Position numbers and translations under genes: made by a program
Assembly (NCBI GenBank): GCA_963805625.1
Contig: CAWDVE010000010.1
Location: 1,888,001 to 1,952,000 of the forward strand
Length of the DNA stretch: 64,000 nt
DNA from: an uncultured Candidatus Rokubacteria bacterium
Lineage (GTDB): Bacteria > Methylomirabilota > Methylomirabilia > Rokubacteriales > DASRDR01
Direction: 5' to 3'
Notes under the pieces: model-generated
Databases searched by the model: none
What the model saw: only the letters and a program-made list of their open reading frames with translations
What the model was told of the DNA's origin: nothing
In this document: positions 50,785 to 61,161 of the stretch, piece after piece
Position numbering within the stretch: position 1 is the stretch's first letter
How the letters are laid out: every line of letters begins with the position of its first letter

Positions 50785-51681
50785 TTGGCGGTCCAGGTCA
50801 GTCTTGAAGAGAGAGTCGTGAGGAAGCCCCTCGAGAGCGACCTCAAGTGGTTGCGGACCTTCGCCCGCCGCTACCCTCTTCCCGCCGCCTGCGGAATCGC
50901 GGCGGTGCTCATCACCCTGCTAGGCATATTCGCTACGCTCGTTTCGCCCGATGACCCCCTTCGGCCCAATGTCCTGGCGCGGGCCCAGGGGCCAAGCTGG
51001 GGGCACTGGCTGGGAACGGATTTCATCGGTAGAGACGTGCTCAGCAGGATACTCCACGGCACCAAATGGTCGCTGTTCGTCGCCGTCACGTCTGTGCTGC
51101 TGGGCACCACGTTGGGAGCGGTGTGGGGGGTCGCCAGCGCCTTTCTCGGCGGCACGTTCGACCTCGTAGCCGAGCGTGTGGTCGAAGTGCTGTTGTCCTT
51201 TCCGCCAATACTCCTGGCGCTGTTGCTCGCCTCGGCCCTTGGAGCGAGTACATGGACGGTCATACTGTCCATCGCCGCCACCAGAGTGGCCTATGGCGCC
51301 CGTATCATCCGGTCCCAGGCCTTGGCCGTGAAGGGGATTCAATACGTCGAAGCCGCCAGAAGCCTCGGGTCCTCCTCCTGGAGAATCATCTTTCTTCACA
51401 TCGCACCCCAGTGCATAGGGCCTTACCTGATTCTCGTCACGACGTCCCTCGGCATCGCCATCGTGCTGGAGGCCACACTGGGCTTCCTTGGCGCCGGAAT
51501 TCCGCCTCCCACGCCGACCTGGGGCAGCATGCTGGGCGACGCGGCCTCCATGCTGATCCCCAAGTGGCACCTGGTTGTCTTTCCAGGGGCAGCCATCGTC
51601 ATCACGGTCCTGGCCTTCAACCAGTTCGGCGACGGCCTGCGCGACGCCCTTGACCCCCGACTCCGCGGCAGCAGCATCTAG
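50785..51681 (+). CDS. ABC permease (DppC-like)
   Basis: HWLGTD-GRDVLSR, YVEAARSLG and GDGLRDALDPR motifs. Confidence 0.94.
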   Translation: MAVQVSLEERVVRKPLESDLKWLRTFARRYPLPAACGIAAVLITLLGIFATLVSPDDPLRPNVLARAQGPSWGHWLGTDFIGRDVLSRILHGTKWSLFVAVTSVLLGTTLGAVWGVASAFLGGTFDLVAERVVEVLLSFPPILLALLLASALGASTWTVILSIAATRVAYGARIIRSQALAVKGIQYVEAARSLGSSSWRIIFLHIAPQCIGPYLILVTTSLGIAIVLEATLGFLGAGIPPPTPTWGSMLGDAASMLIPKWHLVVFPGAAIVITVLAFNQFGDGLRDALDPRLRGSSI

Positions 51682-51898
51682 ACGGACGTTTCTACCGCCC
51701 GCGCCCGCCGATCCGCGTCTCGCCCGCAACCCCCGCACCCGATCGACCCGCTCCGCGGCGCCAAGCACGATACGGGTCGTGCTCTCCCCGCGGGACATGC
51801 CCAGCGATCGCCCTGTCCACCACGCCGAGATCATGAAGACGATGACGCTACCGGCATTGGGGAAGATAGTCGGGCACGCGTGAGCCTTCCGGCGCGTC

Positions 51899-52351
51899 CT
51901 ACGCTCGGCGGTAGATCGGACCCCGCGCGGTTACGCGCGCGAGATCTGGCAGAGCCGCGGGCTCGATCCGGTAGCCACGCGGCTGCACCGGGCCGGGCTC
52001 GAGCCCGAGTCGCGTGATCGTGGCGGGGTGGCTGTAGAACCCGTCGTACGTGTGACGCACGAGCGCCTCGAACGGCTCGGGATGTGACCGCTCGACGCGA
52101 CGGAGCACTTCCTCACGTTCGGCAGCGCTCAGCCCGGCAAATCCTCGGGCAGCGCCGGCTTGAGCCCCCTCCTCGATGGCCTCGAGCACGCGCGACAGCA
52201 ACGACTCGAGCTCGACGGACACGCCGGCCATCGCGAGGACGTGGTCGAGCGCCAGGGCCCCGCTTTCCGGAAATTCCTCACCCACCGGCACGAGCGTGTC
52301 GAGCACCAGGGTCATGAGGTCGCGCTTCGTCCCCAGCCTTCCTTGCGTCAC
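51899..52351 (-). CDS. Gluconate 2-dehydrogenase subunit 3 family protein
   Basis: LDTLVP, FAGLS...REEVL and FYSHP motifs; GTGA coupling to the GMC gene. Confidence 0.75.
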   Translation of the reverse strand: MTQGRLGTKRDLMTLVLDTLVPVGEEFPESGALALDHVLAMAGVSVELESLLSRVLEAIEEGAQAGAARGFAGLSAAEREEVLRRVERSHPEPFEALVRHTYDGFYSHPATITRLGLEPGPVQPRGYRIEPAALPDLARVTARGPIYRRA

Positions 52352-53955
52352 GAGCGTCTCCGGATGATCCCGTCCGCGATATAGAGCGCTACGGCCTGAA
52401 TTGTCGAGGTTGGATTGACGCCGGCGCAGGTCACCATGACGCTGCCGTCGACGATGTAGACATTCGGCACGTCGTGACACCGCCCCTCGGCGTCGACCAC
52501 CGAGGTAGCCGGATCGTGCCCCAGGCGTGCCGTACCCATGAGGTGCCAGCCCCCGGCGCGCAGGAGCGGGTTGAAGGCGACCTCGCGGGCGCCGGCCGCT
52601 TCCAGGGCCTCGCGAGCGCGCGCGATGCCGTGGTCGAGCATGCGCCGGCTGTTCTCGCTGAGCGTGTAGGACACGCGCGGCGCGGAAATACCGTGCGCGT
52701 CGGTGAGCGCTGGATCGAGGTCGACGCGGTTCGCCGGCTCCGGCAGGTCCTCGCCGATGATGGCGACGGTGATGGTGCGGTCGAAGCGCTCGGCGTAGGC
52801 CCGCCGGTGCTCGCGGCCCCAGGGCACGCGGTCGCCGACCGGTCCGCCGTGGGCCGAGGCGATCGGCGAGAGTCCGCGGGCCACCTGGAACGAATAGCCG
52901 CGCACGAAGCCGCGCGAGAGGGCGGTCTCGTAGAACTCCTGGCTGATGATGCTGCAGCCGATCGGACCCCGATGGCCGCCGAGGGGACGATCGAAGACGC
53001 CGCGCACCATCGCGTACGGATGGAACATGAGATTCCGACCCACGAGACCGCTACGATTGGCCAGCCCGTCGGGAAACCTGGCCGACCGTGAGTTCAGCAA
53101 GAGCCGCGGTGTACCAATGCCGTTGGCCGCCAGCACGACCGCCCGCGCCTTCTGCGCGTGCTCTCGCCCCTCCCGGTCGTAGTACACGACGCCGTCGGCG
53201 AGCCCGTCCGGCCCGAGCGTGATCTCGCGCACCCGGGCGCGCGTGACGAGGCGCGCGCCGGCCGCGAGCGCCTTCGGCCAGTAGGTGATGTCGGTGCTCG
53301 CCTTGGCGCCGATCGGGCACCCCAGATCGCAGGGACCACAGTTCACGCAGGCCCGACGGCCGTCGTAGTCGCGCGTGAGGATGGCGCTGTCCGACGGCCA
53401 CCAGTGCCAGCCCAGCCGCTCGAAGCCGCCGGCGATGGTCACACCGAGCGTGTCGAGCGGGATCGGCGGCGTCTGGCGCGGCGACTTCGGAGGATAGGCC
53501 GGATCACCGGTGATCCCGGCCACTCCCATCATGCGGTCGTTCAGGTCGAAGTACGGCTCGAGCGTTGCGTAGTCGATCGGCCAGTCGTCGGCCACGCCGT
53601 CGAGACTTCGCACGCGAAAGTCCGAGGGTCGGAAGCGCGGGAAGTGCGCGCTCCAGTGGATCGTGCTGCCGCCCACCGCGTTGTACATCAGTGGCGAGAT
53701 CGCGGACGCCTGGTCGTTGACCGGGTAGTCCTGGGGGAGCCGGCGGACGTTGGGCTCGGCGCTCCAGTCCGTCTGCCGGTGGAGCTCCCAGTCGGCACGC
53801 CAATGCGGATAGGCGTGCGCGTCGACCCAGTCGCCCTGCTCCAGGCATACCACCCCGATGCCGGCGCCCGCGAGCCTCCAGGCGACGGCGGCGCCGGAGG
53901 CGCCGGCTCCGATCACGAGGACGTCAGTGCGATCGTCCGTGGCCATGGCACTCAT
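52348..53955 (-). CDS. GMC family oxidoreductase
   Basis: IGAGASG, VGGSTIHW, CVNCGPC-GC, HLMGTAR and NPTST motifs. Confidence 0.95.
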   Translation of the reverse strand: MSAMATDDRTDVLVIGAGASGAAVAWRLAGAGIGVVCLEQGDWVDAHAYPHWRADWELHRQTDWSAEPNVRRLPQDYPVNDQASAISPLMYNAVGGSTIHWSAHFPRFRPSDFRVRSLDGVADDWPIDYATLEPYFDLNDRMMGVAGITGDPAYPPKSPRQTPPIPLDTLGVTIAGGFERLGWHWWPSDSAILTRDYDGRRACVNCGPCDLGCPIGAKASTDITYWPKALAAGARLVTRARVREITLGPDGLADGVVYYDREGREHAQKARAVVLAANGIGTPRLLLNSRSARFPDGLANRSGLVGRNLMFHPYAMVRGVFDRPLGGHRGPIGCSIISQEFYETALSRGFVRGYSFQVARGLSPIASAHGGPVGDRVPWGREHRRAYAERFDRTITVAIIGEDLPEPANRVDLDPALTDAHGISAPRVSYTLSENSRRMLDHGIARAREALEAAGAREVAFNPLLRAGGWHLMGTARLGHDPATSVVDAEGRCHDVPNVYIVDGSVMVTCAGVNPTSTIQAVALYIADGIIRRRS

Positions 53956-54084
53956 CCCGACCGACTGTACTACGACCGGCAAACGGAGTGGATGGGCGCG
54001 GACGCATGATCCGGGAACGAGAAGCCCGAACCCGCGCCAGCTGAGGCCGAGCCCCGGGACCCCGCGCGCACCACGTGGCGCGCT

Positions 54085-54300
54085 TTGAAGCAGTGGATGC
54101 GCGAAGGCGACGTCGTGAGGCGAAGGAGGCTGCGGCGCGAGGTCTACCCCGAGATCAGGCTGCGGCCCAAGATGGGCCGCACGCCCCGGACACGCAAGGC
54201 ACTGGTCACCGCCAACGTGGAGGAACGTACTTGTGGTGTCCCCGACGGGATCGCAGGCTCGTGGACACAGGACTTTCGAGGACTCATCGAGGTCGCCTGA
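54085..54300 (+). pseudogene. Possible recombinase C-terminal remnant reading through a tRNA att site
   Basis: EIRLRP...GVPDGI; the GVPDGI codons are the antisense of a tRNA 3' end. Confidence 0.3.
54234..54251 (-). mobile_element. att-like tRNA-Glu 3' end fragment
   Basis: Minus strand ATCCCGTCGGGGACACCA: T-stem, acceptor stem and CCA. Confidence 0.5.
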
Positions 54301-54332
54301 TCACTCCAGCGCCCCATGGGCAGGTGTGGAGA

Positions 54333-54385
54333 TGGTGACTTCAACGGGATTCGAACGCGTGTTTCAGCCTTGAGAGGGTTGTGAC
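54333..54385 (-). pseudogene. Degenerate tRNA-Glu(CTC) 3' two-thirds (att scar)
   Basis: Minus strand CAACC-CTCTCAA-GGCTG AAAC ACGCG-TTCGAAT-CCCGT TGAAGTCACCA; the 5' acceptor and D-arm do not pair. Confidence 0.75.
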
Positions 54386-54486
54386 ATGGTCTGTAGCGGC
54401 GCGGACTTACGGCGCGGTTGCCACGGGCGGTTGCCACCTTCGCTCTGAGCAGCCTTGGTGGCCGAGCATTGAGGACGGTCCTCTTG

Positions 54487-55497
54487 CTAGTCGTGACTCC
54501 GCTGATACCGGCGGGCACGATATTCGTCGACCCAGCGACGGGTACTCCGCCACTGGCCACGCGCATCGCGCTGAGCACGGAGGCGCCCCCGATCGGCCGC
54601 AGTGCGAAGCGCTCGGGCGCTCAGTTTGGCATCGGCGAGGGCAGCCAAGGGCACCAGTCGGGCCGGGCCAGCCACAGAGGGCACGATAAACCGCACGAGC
54701 GTGTCGATGATGGCCCGGGCGAGGAACTCGCCGAGCGGAGCCGGATCTCCGCCGTCGGCCCGACGGAGGTTCTGTAAGTAGCGCGTTCGGTCGGCCTTGC
54801 GGATGATGGCCGGCGGATACCCGAGTCGGATGAGGAGGAGGTTGGTCACGAGGCGTCCGGCTCGACCGTTTCCATCTAGGAAGGGGTGCACGCGTTCGAA
54901 CTCCGCGTGAACGTCGGCGAGTGCCTCCGGGAACGGACCCTCGACCCGTGTCAGCTTGCAGGCGCGCTCCACCCAGGTCGACATGCGGGCCGGAATGTCA
55001 GGCCAATCCGGTGGCTGCATGCCACCCGGGGATGGCTTGATCCCGTGGCGCCGAAACGCACCGGGCCTCTCCTGCTCGGTCGCGTCAGGATGCGGGGCCA
55101 CCTCCCACACCTTTGACATGGCGAGGGTGTGGACGTGGCGCACCTCGGTCAGCGTGATCAGGTCGCCCGTGGTCCAGTCGCCGGGAGTCAGCCCCTGCCG
55201 ATAGACCCACTGGGCGGCGTCCGCATAGCCTCGGACCTCGAGGTATTCCGTAAGCTGCTTGGCACCGACCGCTCGGCCCTCACCCAGAAGGGCCTCGACC
55301 TCCTTGAGCACAAGGGTGTTGCCCTCGATGGCGGTCGAGTTGTGGGCCTCTTGGTACCAGATGTCACCCCAGATGTCCTCGGCCTCGAGAGGGGTTGGGA
55401 GGCCGCCGAGTCGGGCCTTGAGCTCCTCTACCCCCTCTGCCAGCTGCCGGTAGATCGCTTGGCGACTCGGCCGGCCTCGCGTAGATTTACCAGACAT
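54487..55497 (-). CDS. Fic family protein (class II, autoinhibited) with a C-terminal HTH-like extension
   Basis: HPFLDGNGRAGR catalytic motif; STAIEGN inhibitory motif. Confidence 0.93.
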   Translation of the reverse strand: MSGKSTRGRPSRQAIYRQLAEGVEELKARLGGLPTPLEAEDIWGDIWYQEAHNSTAIEGNTLVLKEVEALLGEGRAVGAKQLTEYLEVRGYADAAQWVYRQGLTPGDWTTGDLITLTEVRHVHTLAMSKVWEVAPHPDATEQERPGAFRRHGIKPSPGGMQPPDWPDIPARMSTWVERACKLTRVEGPFPEALADVHAEFERVHPFLDGNGRAGRLVTNLLLIRLGYPPAIIRKADRTRYLQNLRRADGGDPAPLGEFLARAIIDTLVRFIVPSVAGPARLVPLAALADAKLSARALRTAADRGRLRAQRDARGQWRSTRRWVDEYRARRYQRSHD

Positions 55498-55739
55498 ATC
55501 AGAACGATACACGAATGTGCGTCGGCTATGTCAAGTAAATGCACACGACGCACATTGACCGCGCCCCGCCCCTCCCCCCGGCCGAATTGGCGTCGTTCTA
55601 CCCTGGGAAACTAGCGCGACTCGATTTGAGGCTCGGCCCCACGATGGCTCCGGCCTCCCCACCAATCTCGAACGATGAGGCGATAGGCGATGCCCAACCT
55701 GTCAGGCCAGATAGGTAGCCACCGGCGATTGCCAAGTCA

Positions 55740-56671
55740 TTAGCTCGCCCGGGCGAAGACCTCGTATCGCTCGGCGAGCCAATCGCGATTAGGCTGGAGG
55801 CGCTCATCCCGAGGGACCGCGATCCTCACACCTTGGAACCCCCGAAGCCCGTGCTGGAGCATCGGCCCGTCCGCCTCACGCAGCACATCCAGCCGAACGT
55901 CCACGACGAGATCCGGGCGGATCCCGAGCACGTACCGATCGAAGGCCGCATGATGCAGCGTGCAGAGCGCCACGCCATTGGAGACGATGGGCTCGCCTCG
56001 CGGGTCGCCGTCCGGCAAGATGTGGGCGGCCTCGAGCAACTCCAGATGCCGAAGCTGGCAGATCGCGCATCGCTCCTGATACGCGCGCACAACACCCGCT
56101 GTCGGAACGTCTGCTGATGAAGCCGTCGTTGCGTGACGACGGTCACGTACGCGCGCCGCGCTTCCACAACCCGATCATCATCGCGCGCCACGGGCAGAGC
56201 ATGCTTTTGGTCGTCGACGGAGACAAGGAAGCTCAACGTCGCGAGCTCGTCTCCGACCACGTACACAGGCCAGACCGGCATGTACTGGCCCGGGACCACG
56301 CCAAACAGGTAGATGAGCGGGAGCCGACGTTGCATGGCGCGACGGAGTCCCACGTTGTCCGGGTGGTGTGGATCGGTTCCACGGTAGCGGTACCGCAATC
56401 GCCCCTCCGCGTCCATTTCGTCGGCATAAGGGCGAGCTCGTCCCTCTTCCTCGGGCGCGGTCCGGATCGTGAGCGGCACCTCGGGCAGGATCGCGGGCTT
56501 GAAGATGCCCGGCTGGCTCACCAGAGGAACCCGGCGGCCCTGAAAATCGAAGCCCTGAAGCAGGCGGGCCCACGAGACGGTCTCGCCGTGCAACCGCGTC
56601 TGCTGGGCCAGGAATTCGAAGGCGGCGACACGCACCTGCCGATCGAGAGCGTCGCCCGCCACCTCGGTCAT
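55740..56671 (-). pseudogene. HNH restriction endonuclease with an SRA-like N-domain, frameshifted near 56090
   Basis: GIFKP...YRYRGTDP-H-DN...RLHQQTFRQRVL, then a 2-bp frameshift to RAYQERCAICQL...LEAAHI...NGVALC-LHH-AFD. Confidence 0.85.
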
Positions 56672-57260
56672 CCCTTGAATCGCTGCGTGTTGTGCCAATC
56701 CAGAAGGATCGGCGCGGGGCGTTGGTCGGGGGCGGCCGGCACCCTCACGTCTCGTCCGTGCAGCGCGTAGTAGTCCCGCCCGTTCTCGAACTCGTCGCGG
56801 ATGCGGCGGCTCACCTCGAGGCGATAGTCCGGCGTGATCGTGACGTATCCTCGGTCGAACAGTGTGTGGCGATCCGACCGGAGGAAAATCCCGTTGGTCA
56901 GCTCGTGTCGGCCTCCCTCAGCGTAGGGCCTAACATGGGCGGCTTCGAGGACCGGGAGTGTCCGTTCCCCGGTCACAGCGCAGCGGCGCCGGTAGACGTC
57001 GGTGACGAGGACCCGGAAAGTTCCCTGGCCCAGACGTGGCTGGATCACGACTTCGGTGCCATACCGCGCGCCTTCGGGCGCGGGCTCGGCAATCTTGCGG
57101 CGCCCGATGCGGTCCATGACATCAGTCCAGATCCGCCGGCCCTCACCGGTGGACAGATCCAGGGTTCTCCCCTGGACGATGTTGGGGCGCCAGTCACGTG
57201 GCTCACGGACCCACGATCCCACCGAAAAGAAGGTCGGTTGCTCCATGATGCGGCCGACTC
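56668..57260 (-). pseudogene. HNH endonuclease, 5'-truncated
   Basis: EQP-FF...DW-PNIVQG, RLGQGTFR, CAVTGE-TLPVLEAAH and NG-FLRSD-H-LFD; N-terminal part replaced by the DHFR-like gene; ATGA-coupled to the next HNH. Confidence 0.8.
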
Positions 57261-57276
57261 GGACTAAAGCCCGATG

Positions 57277-57838
<562 letters not shown>

Positions 57839-57873
57839 TACGTGAGTACCGCCGATGGGGTAGCCCAGCAAGG

Positions 57874-58104
57874 TTAGCCCGCTGCTACAAGATGGAGCTG
57901 ATCGAGAGCCCGCAAGCCGGCACACGCCCGGGAATTCAGGCTCCCGCGGCCTAACTTGTCTTCGGTAACGGCACTCAGACAGAACTTCGCGGCCGCCGGC
58001 AACGCCGTGCCGCACTGGGCGCACGTGGGCGCAAGCCGGCTCCCGCATTCGAGGCAGAACTTCGCCGGCGGCGGGTTCTCGTGCTGGCACCGGGGACAGT
58101 GCAT
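57874..58104 (-). pseudogene. Double zinc-ribbon N-terminus of a truncated adenylate cyclase-like gene
   Basis: CPRC...AKFCLECG...CAQC...AKFC, after which similarity stops near 57975. Confidence 0.75.
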
Positions 58105-58215
58105 ACCCAGCTTCTCCGCGTAGAGTGCCGCCAGCCTAACACGCTGGGAATCGCGCCCTTACACGCGATCAACCGAGCGACGTTCCGCCGACCAGACAGG
58201 CCTAACCCTATGCCT

Positions 58216-58248
58216 GTTGCGGATTCGTTGTGGATTCGTTGCGGATTC
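58216..58248. repeat. Three tandem copies of the 11-bp unit GTTGYGGATTC
   Basis: GTTGCGGATTC GTTGTGGATTC GTTGCGGATTC read directly. Confidence 0.85.
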
Positions 58249-58388
58249 CGCCGAGGACCACGCAGAGGTATGTCCCTCGAGGTTCTATTCACCACCTGTT
58301 GGGAAGCGCTCGCTTGGATCGGTTAGACTGGCAGGCGTCCGCCGAGTAAGACGGTGGACGTACGAGCAACTCTAGGAGGTGTTAGGTC

Positions 58389-58769
58389 GTGCTGAATTGG
58401 AAGGAAGTTTCACCCGAAACGCTCGCGACCATGCTGTCGACGGGCGAGGCCCAGCCTCTCGCGCGCGAGGCCTGGCCCCGATGGGCTCAGACACCGGCGT
58501 TCTCCGGTGCATGGTTCACCTACGTCGGCAGCCCTCTCGCCACGTCCACCGGCACACTGTCCACGGGGAACGTTCAAGGCTACGTCGACATCGAGCGCAC
58601 GGCAACGAAGCTTCCGTCTTTGCGTTACTACCGCCACTTCTACGTGAAGATGGTCGACGGCCGCGTATTCCATGCCGGACCGATTAAGGATCTTGAGTAC
58701 GAGCGTCACCGCGAGCAGAGGCCGGGATGGTTCGCTTCCTACTTTACGAGAACGACGTCCACGAGTTGA
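58389..58769 (+). CDS. Hypothetical protein in a cassette-like context
   Basis: AGGAGG RBS; GTTAGAC upstream at 58322 and GTCCAAC right after the stop. Confidence 0.55.
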   Translation: MLNWKEVSPETLATMLSTGEAQPLAREAWPRWAQTPAFSGAWFTYVGSPLATSTGTLSTGNVQGYVDIERTATKLPSLRYYRHFYVKMVDGRVFHAGPIKDLEYERHREQRPGWFASYFTRTTSTS

Positions 58770-58770
58770 T

Positions 58771-58840
58771 GTCCAACCTCACGCTAAACGGGACCGCTGG
58801 ATCGCATTCACTCGACGCCACCGGTCAGCCCGTGGGGTCT
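58771..58840 (+). mobile_element. Degenerate attC-like site
   Basis: GTCCAAC-ctc-ACGCTAAACGG...CCGGTCAGC imperfect dyad directly after the stop codon. Confidence 0.4.
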
Positions 58841-58892
58841 CCACTGATCGCTTGCGTCGGTAAGGTGCGGCCCGCACAGTGAGCGACCTGGC

Positions 58893-59306
58893 TCAATCGG
58901 CCGAACCAGGCGGGATCTCCTCGAAGCGGTACTCCTGGACTTCTGCCACGGGGACGTAACCGATCCGCCGATAGATGGCGTTCGAAGTCGGTTGGCGGCG
59001 TCCGTGAAGAGGAAGCAGAAGCGACGCCCCTCGGCGAGGAGCCGCGCGCTCAGCGCCGCCACGCACGCGGTCGCGTAGCCGCGGCCCCGGTGCTCCGGCG
59101 GCGTGTAGACCCCGTTGACCCGGATCCCGTTCGGCGTGGGCCCTGTGGCCGACGCCATCGACACGGGGCCGGCGTGATCCCAGACGAACAGCCAGCCGGC
59201 CCCGAAGTTGTGGCGGGCGACCTTCATGCCCGTCTGGCCCGCCAGGCCGCCGCCAGCCTCCGTCCATAACGCCTCGAACCACGTGGCCAACTGTTCGAGT
59301 TCGGCC
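58893..59306 (-). pseudogene. GNAT acetyltransferase remnant (frameshifted, truncated by the IS)
   Basis: VYTPPEHRGRGYA...LFTDAAN, then shifted to PTSNAIYRRIGY. Confidence 0.85.
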
Positions 59307-60634
59307 TGTCCTTCGCCAAAAGTCCGCCGACGGGCAAGTGGTTGATCTGTCGCCTCTGATCGGGGGAAAATCCCAGCTCGATGATCACACTCCTGCTCCA
59401 CCTGCTTCGACTCCTTCCGTTCCTCTGCGGCGGCCACCGCCAGCTCGCCCTGGAGAACCTCGCCTTGCGACAGCAACTCGCCGTGTACAAGCAAACGGTG
59501 AGCCGGCCGAAGCTCCGCATGAGCGATCGGCTTTTCTGGGTCTGGCTGGCCACGGTCTGGGCCGGGTGGCGGGAGTCCCTCCTGATCGTGACCCCGGACA
59601 CCGTCCTGCGGTGGCAGCGGCGCCGCTTCCGCGAGTACTGGACCAAGCGCTCCGGCCGGCCTCGGGTGGGCCGTCCGCCGATCAACGCGGAGATCGCCGC
59701 CCTCGTCAGAGCAATGGCCGTGACGAATCCCTTGTGGGGTGCACCCTGAATCCACGGCGAACTCATGAAGCTCGGCGTAGAGGTGGCAGAGCGGACCGTT
59801 TCCCGGCTAATCCCCAAGCGGCGCACCCCGCCGTCGCAGACCTGGCGCACGTTCCTCGCCAACCACGTCCGGGACCTGGTCTCCCTCGATTTCTTCACGG
59901 TGCCCACCGCGGGCCTGCGGGTGCTCTTTGTCCTCGTCGTGCTCGCCCACCATCGCCGGCGCGTCGTCCACCACAACGTGACCGAACACCCCACCGCGCA
60001 CTGGACGGCCCAACAGATCGTGGAGGCCTTCCCAAACGACACCGCGCCGTCCTACCTTCTCCGCGATCGCGACCGCGTCTACGGCAACCCGTTCCGGCAC
60101 CGAGTAAAGGGCCTCCGCATCGATGAAGTCCTCACTGCGTCCCACAGTCCTTGGCGGAATCCGTTCGTGGAACGGCTCATCGGCTCGGTGCGGCGCGAGT
60201 GTCTGGACCATGTTCTCGTCCTGAGCGAGCCGCACCTGCGTCGGATCCTGACTGCGTACTTTGCGTACTATCATCGCGCCCGAACCCATCTATCGCTCGA
60301 GAAGGATGCGCCAGACGTGAGGCCAGTCGAACAGCCGGACGCGGGCAGGGTCGTGGCGCTTCCCGAAGTCGGTGGCCTGCATCATCGCTACGTCCGGCTA
60401 GCGGCCTGATCTCGCATCACCCGGCCAGTCCGCGCCACCAGCTGGCCACGCCCGGCACCGTCGGGCCGTCCTCCGTTCCTCCCGGAGCCCCACCCCTTTC
60501 CTCTGGGAAGCCTGGCAGGCGCGACGGCTGGAGAAGGCCGACTGCCCGACCTTGGGCTCGCTGAACACCAACCTTCTACCGTTCCAGCGATGAATCGTCG
60601 CTAACCGAGTCGGACGCGGTTGTGGCGAGGGACA
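59307..60634 (+). mobile_element. IS481-like insertion sequence (integrase-core DDE transposase)
   Basis: Terminal IRs TGTCCTTCGCCAAAA and TTGTGGCGAGGGACA with TGT...ACA ends. Confidence 0.75.
59381..60409 (+). pseudogene. Integrase-core transposase with an in-frame TGA at 59747
   Basis: LENLALRQQL, NPLWGAP*IHGEL, DFFTV, LRDRD, ERLIGSVRRECLD and GGLHHRY. Confidence 0.9.
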
Positions 60635-60636
60635 GG

Positions 60637-60992
60637 ACCCTGTACGAGCGCCTTGGCGGTTACGAGGCCATCGCGGCAGTGGCGAATGATCTGCTCCCCC
60701 GGCTCGGGCCGATCCGCAGCTCGGCCGCTTCTGGGCGCATCGCGGGGAAGACGGCGTGCAGCGCGAGAAGCAGCTCCTGATCGACTTCCTCTGCGCGAGT
60801 GCAGGCGGACCCATGTACTATCGCGGCAGGGACATGGTGCTCGTCCATCGAGGCATGGGGATCAGCGAGGGCGACTGGAGCGCGTTCCTCGGGCATGCCG
60901 CCGCGACCCTGGCGAAGTTCAAGGTGCCCGAGGCCGAGCAGCGCGACGTGGTTGCATTTGTCCAGAGCCTCAAGAAGGACATCGTCGAATAG
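60637..60992 (+). pseudogene. Group 1 truncated hemoglobin, start lost to the IS and frameshifted near 60705
   Basis: TLYERLGGYEAI..., then DPQLGRFW...AGGPMYYRGRDM...H-GMGI. Confidence 0.85.
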
Positions 60993-61161
60993 CGCTGGCT
61001 CCCGCAACCCCGGCTCAATGCGGCTTCTTGCACTGCTTGCCCAACGTCAGCTACCAGCCGCCGGTCATGCGCGGGTCGGTGATACGGTTGACCGCGCGCG
61101 CCTTGCTCGTTATCGAAACGCACGCCGCCGAGTTGCGGCACCATGACGTAGGGACAGTTTA

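Noticed and set aside
54333-54408. Functional tRNA-Glu gene
   Set aside because: The 5' acceptor strand and D-arm do not pair and the stems have mismatches; treated as an att scar
59747-59749. In-frame TGA as selenocysteine or programmed readthrough
   Set aside because: The position corresponds to Arg in the WGAPRIHGEL motif; a simple CGA>TGA mutation is more parsimonious
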